A stretch of 32,000 nt of DNA from Erysipelotrichaceae bacterium (GTDB lineage Bacteria > Bacillota_I > Bacilli_A > Erysipelotrichales > Erysipelotrichaceae): contig JAUVVC010000004.1 of the NCBI GenBank assembly GCA_030604855.1, positions 190,871 through 222,870 on the forward strand. The letters are read 5' to 3'. Shown here one piece after another: positions 26,979-32,000 of the stretch. Made by a program: the position numbers and the translations under genes. Each line of letters begins with the position of its first letter. The first letter of the stretch is position 1. The notes beneath the pieces are model-generated. The model searched no databases and had not been told where the DNA came from. It was given only the letters and a program-made list of their open reading frames with translations.

Positions 26979-27700
26979 GTTTACAAGCTGAGATCGCATG
27001 TTACCAAGCCAATCCACATATCGATCATCGGAATATCCTTATCGAAGAAGCTCTACCCATCGTGCATAAAGTTGCGCGTCAATCACGTAATCTCTATGGT
27101 TATCATCTCGATTTCGATGATGTGGTCTCAATTGGAATCATTGCCTTGGTGGAGTGCATCGAAGACTATGATCCTCATAAAGGGATGAGCTTTGAAGCTT
27201 ACGCTTATACCAAGATTCGCTTTCGATTGATTGATGAACTTGGCTCCTTGGGCTTTGTGCCTCGTCGTGTTCGTCAAGAAGCAAAGAAAGTTCAAGAAGC
27301 TTACTCACAATTGGCACACAGCTTGATGCGTGAGCCCAGTCATGCGGAGTTGGCGAAACATTTGGATATGGATGCGAATGATCTCAGTCATCTCTTACAG
27401 GACAATTCTGGCTTTCAATTGATGAGCTTTGAAGCCATGCAGGAAAGCTATGGGGATAAGGATCTTGTGGATCATAATGCGGTTGACCCTGAACTGTCAT
27501 TTCTCAAGAAAGTTAATCTAGAATTACTCACAGAAGCCTTGAAACAACTTCCTGAACGTGACCAACAATTGATCAGTCTCTATTACTACGAAAACCTAAG
27601 ACTCAAAGAAATCGGTCAGATCTTCGATGTCTCAGAAGCACGTGTATCGCAGATGCATGCAGGTATCTTAAAGAAGCTTAAAGCTTTATTGGAGGATTAA
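26966..27700 (+). CDS. fliA: Flagellar sigma factor (sigma-28, FliA/SigD family)
   Basis: 244 aa. Region 2 is 'FEAYAYTKIRFRLIDEL'. Region 4 is 'LPERDQQLISLYYYENLRLKEIGQIFDVSEARVSQMHAGILKKLK'. GGAGG lies 6 nt upstream, and the gene overlaps the flhA end by 13 nt. Confidence 0.9.
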   Translation: MDAMSLQAEIACYQANPHIDHRNILIEEALPIVHKVARQSRNLYGYHLDFDDVVSIGIIALVECIEDYDPHKGMSFEAYAYTKIRFRLIDELGSLGFVPRRVRQEAKKVQEAYSQLAHSLMREPSHAELAKHLDMDANDLSHLLQDNSGFQLMSFEAMQESYGDKDLVDHNAVDPELSFLKKVNLELLTEALKQLPERDQQLISLYYYENLRLKEIGQIFDVSEARVSQMHAGILKKLKALLED

Positions 27701-27701
27701 G

Positions 27702-28442
27702 ATGGCAAACGGATTCTATACAGCAGCCCAAGCGATGTTGCTGACGCAGAGACGATTGAATGCCTTGGCAAACAATGTCGCAAACATCAACACAACGGGT
27801 TATAAACGAAGCGATGTCATTCAGTCATCTTTTCAAGATCAATTAAGTTATCGTATCGATCAAATGGGTTCCCAAGAACTGGGATCCATTCAACGTCTTG
27901 TCGGTATTGATTCAATCCATACCGCTTTTGATCAAGCTAATCTGGAAGCGACCGATCGTAAACTCGATCTATCAATCGCATCCGATGGCTTCTTCACGAT
28001 TCGAACCAACAATGGTTTGATGTACACTCGTGATGGACACTTTAACATCGACACAGAGGGCTACCTCATCACAAGCAATGGTGGACGTGTCCAAGGCATC
28101 AATGGCGATATACGTCTAAACAATGAGAACATCACCATCAACCAACAAGGTTGGATACGTAATGACCAGAATCAAATCATCAGTCGTTTGGATATCCGTT
28201 CGACAGAAGACATCACCAGCTTGCAACGCATGACTGACGGAACCTACAGAGATCAGAACCAAGTCCTTAGACCCGTCGACGCGTATGTCGTACAAGGCAT
28301 GTTAGAGCACTCCAACGTGGATGTGAATCAAGAAATGACACGTTTGATGGAAGTTCAACGGAACTTCCAAAGTGTCGCCAACGCATTGAAACTCATTGAT
28401 CGTTTGAATGAACGTGCGGTCAATGAAATTGGAAAGGTTTAA
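27702..28442 (+). CDS. flgF: Flagellar basal-body rod protein, FlgF-like (FlgG paralog)
   Basis: 246 aa. N-terminus 'LANNVANINTTGYKR', then 'DGFFTIRTNNGLMYTRDGHFNID', and C-terminus 'VQRNFQSVANALKLIDRL'. Confidence 0.85.
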   Translation: MANGFYTAAQAMLLTQRRLNALANNVANINTTGYKRSDVIQSSFQDQLSYRIDQMGSQELGSIQRLVGIDSIHTAFDQANLEATDRKLDLSIASDGFFTIRTNNGLMYTRDGHFNIDTEGYLITSNGGRVQGINGDIRLNNENITINQQGWIRNDQNQIISRLDIRSTEDITSLQRMTDGTYRDQNQVLRPVDAYVVQGMLEHSNVDVNQEMTRLMEVQRNFQSVANALKLIDRLNERAVNEIGKV

Positions 28443-28447
28443 TCTCT

Positions 28448-29170
28448 ATGAACAACGCATTTAAAACCGGTGCTTCCGGACTCAAAGCGCATCAGAAGCG
28501 CATCGATAACATTGCCAACAATATCGCCAATGTGCAAACAACAGGCTTTAAGAAAACGGATGTGGAATTTGAGGATTTATTGTATACGCAGTTTGACGCC
28601 AATGATTTGAGTAAAGTCCAAGGTCATGGGGTTAAAGTTCAAGGAACACCGATTGATTTCACAGCTGGAAGTCTGATGCAAAGTGATCAAGCCTTGGATA
28701 TCGCGATTGTAGGGGATGCCTTCTTTGCACTCCTGGATCAAAACGGAGTGAGTTATACCCGCAATGGTTCCTTCCGCATCAGCGAAGAGAATAACATTCC
28801 TTATCTCGTCAATGCGAATGGTCAGTATGTCCTTGATAACAAACTGAATAGAATCGTAATTCCAATCAAAGAGGACAGATCCATCGATCAAGATCAACTC
28901 TTGAATACCATTGGGACCTTCAGCTTCACAAACAACAGTGGCTTGATCAAAGCCGACAATACCAGTTTCCTCGCCACAGAAGCCAGTGGAGCCATCACAG
29001 CACTTAATCCTGGGGATGTGGAACTTAGGCCCTACACCCTTGAACAAGCCAATGTGGACTTGGGTAAGAGCATGGTAGAACTTTTAGAAGGTCAACGTGC
29101 ATTCCAACTCAACGCACGTGTTGTACAAACCGCAGATCAAATCGAAGATATCGTGAATAATCTGCGCTAA
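28448..29170 (+). CDS. flgG: Flagellar distal rod protein FlgG
   Basis: 240 aa. 'IANNIANVQTTGFKKTDVEFEDLLY', 'DAFFALLDQNGVSYTRNGSFRI' and the C-terminal 'LLEGQRAFQLNARVVQTADQI' are visible. Confidence 0.9.
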   Translation: MNNAFKTGASGLKAHQKRIDNIANNIANVQTTGFKKTDVEFEDLLYTQFDANDLSKVQGHGVKVQGTPIDFTAGSLMQSDQALDIAIVGDAFFALLDQNGVSYTRNGSFRISEENNIPYLVNANGQYVLDNKLNRIVIPIKEDRSIDQDQLLNTIGTFSFTNNSGLIKADNTSFLATEASGAITALNPGDVELRPYTLEQANVDLGKSMVELLEGQRAFQLNARVVQTADQIEDIVNNLR

Positions 29171-29184
29171 GCAGGAGGACAAGT

Positions 29185-30111
29185 ATGGATACACCTAAAA
29201 TGGAGATCAAAGCCTATGACTTTCGATCTCCGAAAAAGTTTGCCAAGGAACAACTCAAAACAATTGAAAGTCTTCATGAGAACCTAGCCCGCAATCTCAG
29301 TTCAATGATCACCGGTTTGACACGTTCTTTTTGTGAGATTCAAATCACCCAAGTCGAAAAGAAACGCTATTCAGAATATACGAATAGTCTTTCAGATTTC
29401 GCCTTGTTCACAAGCTTTGATTTGATTCCCATTGATGAGAGCATCGAAGTCACTTTACTTCTTATGACCATTCATCCTGAGATTGCCTATTTCTTGGTGG
29501 ACAAACTTATGGGTGGCGATGGGTCTGGATATAACTTGGTTCGTGAGTTTACGGAAATAGAGATGTTGCTGTTTGAAAAGCTCTTGAACAAAATCGGAAG
29601 ACAAATCGAAATCAGTTGGTCGAAGTATTTAGAAATTGAGACGGCCATCAAAACTACAGAAATGAACCCTCGCATCATCCAGATGTTGGCACCTGAAGAC
29701 ATCGTGGTGGTGATAGATTATAAAGTAACCTTCGAACACTTCGAAAGCCCGATGAAAATATGTCTACCCGCTCAAGCGCTGGAGATGATGATGGATCGCT
29801 TCACTCCCAAATTCGCCAAGAGTTCGAATAAAAAAGCGGATGACAATCGTGATGAGATGCAACGAACCGCAGTTCTAAATGCCCTTAAAATAGCGGAAGT
29901 GGAACTCAAAGTTGTCTTGGATGAGATTCAATTGGATCTCAACGATGTACTACAACTCGAAATCAATGATTTGATTCCACTCACCAAACGCTACGATGAA
30001 CCTGTCATGGTTAAGTTGGATGATCATCCTTGGTATACTGCTAAGTTAGGTGAGACGAAGTTTCAGAAAGCGGTCAGAATTGAAAGTCTGATCGATACGG
30101 AGGACGTATGA
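29185..30111 (+). CDS. fliM: Flagellar motor switch protein FliM (no N-terminal CheY-docking peptide)
   Basis: 308 aa. 'YDFRSPKKFAKEQLKTIESLHENLARNL' and 'LVDKLMGGDGSG' are visible, with a C-terminal SpoA-like region. AGGAGGA RBS at 29173-29179. An in-frame TAA at 29158-29160 precludes a longer N-terminus. Confidence 0.92.
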   Translation: MDTPKMEIKAYDFRSPKKFAKEQLKTIESLHENLARNLSSMITGLTRSFCEIQITQVEKKRYSEYTNSLSDFALFTSFDLIPIDESIEVTLLLMTIHPEIAYFLVDKLMGGDGSGYNLVREFTEIEMLLFEKLLNKIGRQIEISWSKYLEIETAIKTTEMNPRIIQMLAPEDIVVVIDYKVTFEHFESPMKICLPAQALEMMMDRFTPKFAKSSNKKADDNRDEMQRTAVLNALKIAEVELKVVLDEIQLDLNDVLQLEINDLIPLTKRYDEPVMVKLDDHPWYTAKLGETKFQKAVRIESLIDTEDV

Positions 30112-31049
30112 CAAAGAACCATGAACAAGAATTGTTGATTCAACTGAAATCCTATCTTGAACCCGCTGTGAAGGTAGGACTCTACAACGTCCAAACCCTC
30201 TTGAATCGCAATTATCAATGCATCGACCTAGAGGTGAAATCTCAGTATCCAACCGAACTGGCTTTAAGCATGCGTGAAAATATCGTAACGGCAAAGACAC
30301 AATACCAAGGTGCGTTCAATACGAATTCAATCACTTGCTTTGAACATGAAGATGTAGAGAATCTCCTCAAGATCCTCATGGGCCAACAAGACGAGCCCCT
30401 CATCTTTGATGATTTTGGTTTAAGTGCGTTTGGAGAAATCGTATCGAGTTTCCAAAATGGGTTCACACAAAGTCTTGGTGGATTGCTCAATAAGAACATT
30501 CATTTTGATCGTCCTGAAACACACATCATCACTGCGAAGGACACAGGTCTATCACCCTTCTCTGCAAAAGTATTCACACTCACGTTCATTGTGGAATCTA
30601 AAACAGGAAGCATGCCTGTTGTCATGCATTTCGACTACAATGCGATTACACAACTTTTGGACCAACCCTTAAATAATGTAAATACCATAAACAGTATTCC
30701 TAAACCCAATGGCATTGAGGAAGTACAAGTCAAAGAACTTAGAGTGCCGAAGTTCACACCAAACAATGACACCATCCAGAATGCGGATCCTCAAAAGAAT
30801 CTCAATCTGATTATGAATGTTCCACTGAATGTATCAGTTGAGATTGGTAAGACAAAACATCGGATCAAGGATGTGATGAACTTCGCATCTGGGTATGTCT
30901 TAGAGTTGGATAAACCACTCGGTGCACCTGTGGATATCGTCGTGAATGGTCAACTCATCGCTCGAGGTGATGTGGTGGTCATTGATGAGAATTTTGCCAT
31001 CCGAGTTACAGAAGTTATAAACACACAAGTGTCCTTATCAAATGATTAA
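30108..31049 (+). CDS. fliY: Flagellar motor switch protein FliY (CheC-like middle domain plus FliN/SpoA C-terminal domain)
   Basis: 313 aa. The C-terminus 'LNLIMNVPLNVSVEIGKTKHRIKDVMNFASGYVLELDKPLGAPVDIVVNGQLIARGDVVVIDENFAIRVTEVI' is a FliN SpoA domain. The middle region has CheC-like spacing S-x3-E-x2-S-x22-P. ATGA overlap with fliM. Confidence 0.88.
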   Translation: MTKNHEQELLIQLKSYLEPAVKVGLYNVQTLLNRNYQCIDLEVKSQYPTELALSMRENIVTAKTQYQGAFNTNSITCFEHEDVENLLKILMGQQDEPLIFDDFGLSAFGEIVSSFQNGFTQSLGGLLNKNIHFDRPETHIITAKDTGLSPFSAKVFTLTFIVESKTGSMPVVMHFDYNAITQLLDQPLNNVNTINSIPKPNGIEEVQVKELRVPKFTPNNDTIQNADPQKNLNLIMNVPLNVSVEIGKTKHRIKDVMNFASGYVLELDKPLGAPVDIVVNGQLIARGDVVVIDENFAIRVTEVINTQVSLSND

Positions 31050-31067
31050 TTGAATATTCTACTTAAG

Positions 31068-31099
31068 CTATCGACGAAGTTGTTGATAGTTTTTATTTT
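31068..31099 (+). terminator. Rho-independent terminator ending the flagellar operon
   Basis: 8-bp stem CTATCGAC (31068-31075) / GTTGATAG (31082-31089), one G-U pair, 6-nt loop, then TTTTTATTTT (31090-31099). Confidence 0.75.
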
Positions 31100-31102
31100 G
31101 AT

Positions 31103-31129
31103 TTAAGTTGCCTGCTTTCTAATCGATGT
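31103..31129 (+). promoter_or_regulatory. Candidate sigma-28-type promoter for flagellin
   Basis: -35 is TTAA (31103-31106, N15) or TAAG (31104-31107, N14), followed by ATCGATGT (31122-31129). This matches 5/8 of GCCGATAT, including the CGAT core. A sigma-A reading (TTGCCT 31108-31113 ... TATTAG 31129-31134, 15-nt spacer) is also possible. Confidence 0.3.
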
Positions 31130-31162
31130 ATTAGTGAGGGAAGCTAGCCCCTTATTCTCAAG

Positions 31163-31178
31163 GCGAAAAGGAATTCGC
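31163..31178 (+). promoter_or_regulatory. 5'-UTR hairpin presenting GGA in its loop (candidate CsrA site)
   Basis: Stem GCGAA (31163-31167) / TTCGC (31174-31178) with loop AAGGAA. A second AAGGAGGA (31188-31195) forms the Shine-Dalgarno 6 nt before the flagellin ATG. Confidence 0.35.
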
Positions 31179-31201
31179 TTAACATTCAAGGAGGAATTAA
31201 A

Positions 31202-32000
31202 ATGAGAATTCAGCATAACATCGTGGCGTTGAACGCCCACCGTAACTCTACGGTGAATCAAGCTTCCGTGTCAAAGAACATGGAAAAATTATCATCCGGC
31301 TACCGAATTAATCGTGCTGGGGATGATGCGGCAGGTCTATCCATTTCGGAAAAGATGCGTTCGCAAATCAAAGGTTTGGATCAAGCAACCCGTAATGCGC
31401 AAGACGGTATTTCTTACATTCAAACAGCAGAAGGTGCATTGACCGAGGTTTCTTCGATGTTGAGCCGTGCTAAAGAATTGTTGGTTCAAAAGGCGAATGG
31501 AACTTATAACTCTGATGATGTCACAAACATCAATGAAGAATTGAAATCTCTTGGAAATGAGATTGCAAGTATCGTTAAGAACACACAGTTTAATGGTAAG
31601 AATGTGTTTACATCAACTGTAGGAGTCGCGATATCTCATGATGCAGCAACGAGTTTAAGCATAACAGCAGCAGTTGATGCTGGTGCAGATGGCTTGGATT
31701 TAATTGTTGATTACACTCCGGATGATGCAGGTACTGCTGGAGTTAATGAAGAAGCATTTTTAAGTGCGTTTGTTGCAACTGGTATTCATGGAACAGTTGG
31801 AGATACAACTGTTGCAAATGTAGAATCAATGATTGGCGCAGTGAACACTCAACGAGCTGTTTATGGTTCTTTGCAAAACCGTCTTGAACACACAATTAAT
31901 AACTTGGCTACAACTTCTGAAAACCTAGTCGCTTCCGAATCTCGTATTCGTGATGTGGACATGGCTAAAGAAATGATGGAAATGACGAAGAACAACATCC
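31202..32000 (+). CDS. fliC: Flagellin, 3' end cut by the window edge
   Basis: Own translation, 266 codons with no stop: MRIQHNIVALNAHRNSTVNQASVSKNMEKLSSGYRINRAGDDAAGLSISEKMRSQIKGLDQATRNAQDGISYIQTAEGAL...LQNRLEHTINNLATTSENLVASESRIRDVDMAKEMMEMTKNNI. Canonical flagellin N- and C-terminal domains are present. It is absent from the ORF track because no stop lies in the window. Confidence 0.95.
   Translation, partial: MRIQHNIVALNAHRNSTVNQASVSKNMEKLSSGYRINRAGDDAAGLSISEKMRSQIKGLDQATRNAQDGISYIQTAEGALTEVSSMLSRAKELLVQKANGTYNSDDVTNINEELKSLGNEIASIVKNTQFNGKNVFTSTVGVAISHDAATSLSITAAVDAGADGLDLIVDYTPDDAGTAGVNEEAFLSAFVATGIHGTVGDTTVANVESMIGAVNTQRAVYGSLQNRLEHTINNLATTSENLVASESRIRDVDMAKEMMEMTKNNI

Noticed and set aside
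254-30499. All minus-strand ORFs in the supplied track (e.g. 5017-5553, 178 aa; 28577-29047, 156 aa; 11583-12032, 149 aa; 20385-20828, 147 aa; 9643-9870, 75 aa).
   Set aside because: Each lies antisense to a + strand gene with unmistakable family motifs. They have no convincing RBS, and their translations are low-complexity or odd in composition (Ile/Phe/His/Arg-rich), typical of antisense frames. None occupies an intergenic region.
1794-30672. Plus-strand ORFs nested out of frame inside real genes (e.g. 3983-4330, 6554-6988, 7566-7775, 11308-11586, 23510-23737, 24056-24274, 30424-30672).
   Set aside because: They overlap the well-supported frames of glgP, the MFS gene, pulA, fliF, fliR, flhB and fliY. 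They show no motifs and no RBS.
1-32000. CRISPR arrays, tRNA/rRNA genes, transposases, integrases, phage genes and toxin-antitoxin or defence-system genes.
   Set aside because: Every ORF over 60 aa in a plausible frame is accounted for by glycogen or flagellar functions. The only tandem repeat is the 20-bp terminator duplication. The intergenic space is too small to hide such elements.

Overview
All real genes in this window are on the + strand, in two blocks. Block 1 (nt 1-9337) is a glycogen/alpha-glucan turnover cluster: a 5'-truncated phosphoglucomutase, glgB, glgP, an MFS transporter bracketed by terminators, and a signal-peptide-less type I pullulanase/debranching enzyme. A 363-nt AT-rich regulatory gap follows (9338-9700). 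Block 2 (9701-31049, about 21.3 kb) is a tightly packed run of 27 flagellar genes: flgB-flgC-fliE-fliF-fliG-fliH-fliI-fliJ-fliK-flgD-orf125-flgE-flbD-motA-motB-orf244(SpoA/FliN domain)-fliO-fliP-fliQ-fliR-flhB-flhA-fliA(sigma-28)-flgF-flgG-fliM-fliY. It ends in a rho-independent terminator. A separately transcribed flagellin gene follows and runs off the 3' edge, so it is absent from the supplied ORF track. There are no L/P-ring genes and RBSs are strong GGAGG-type. TGA is used as a stop. The gene order resembles my recollection of clostridial flagellar loci. These features point to a low-GC monoderm (Bacillota, possibly Clostridia/Erysipelotrichia; taxon not provable here). I found no tRNA/rRNA, CRISPR array, transposase or integrase. 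All minus-strand ORFs in the track look like antisense artefacts. The most interesting observations concern the motor switch. FliM starts downstream of where the CheY-P docking peptide should be, and an in-frame stop excludes a longer form. FliY keeps a CheC-like spacing motif but has lost the catalytic Asn. No che genes, flhF, flhG or fliL are present. A third SpoA-domain protein with an unrecognisable 165-aa N-terminal region sits where fliL is usually found. Secondary observations are a CsrA-type GGA hairpin plus GGA-containing SD in the flagellin leader, a perfect 14-bp palindrome upstream of flgB, an expanded FlgE, and a tandemly duplicated terminator. Everything rests on reading the sequence and recalled family motifs; no database or HMM searches were run.
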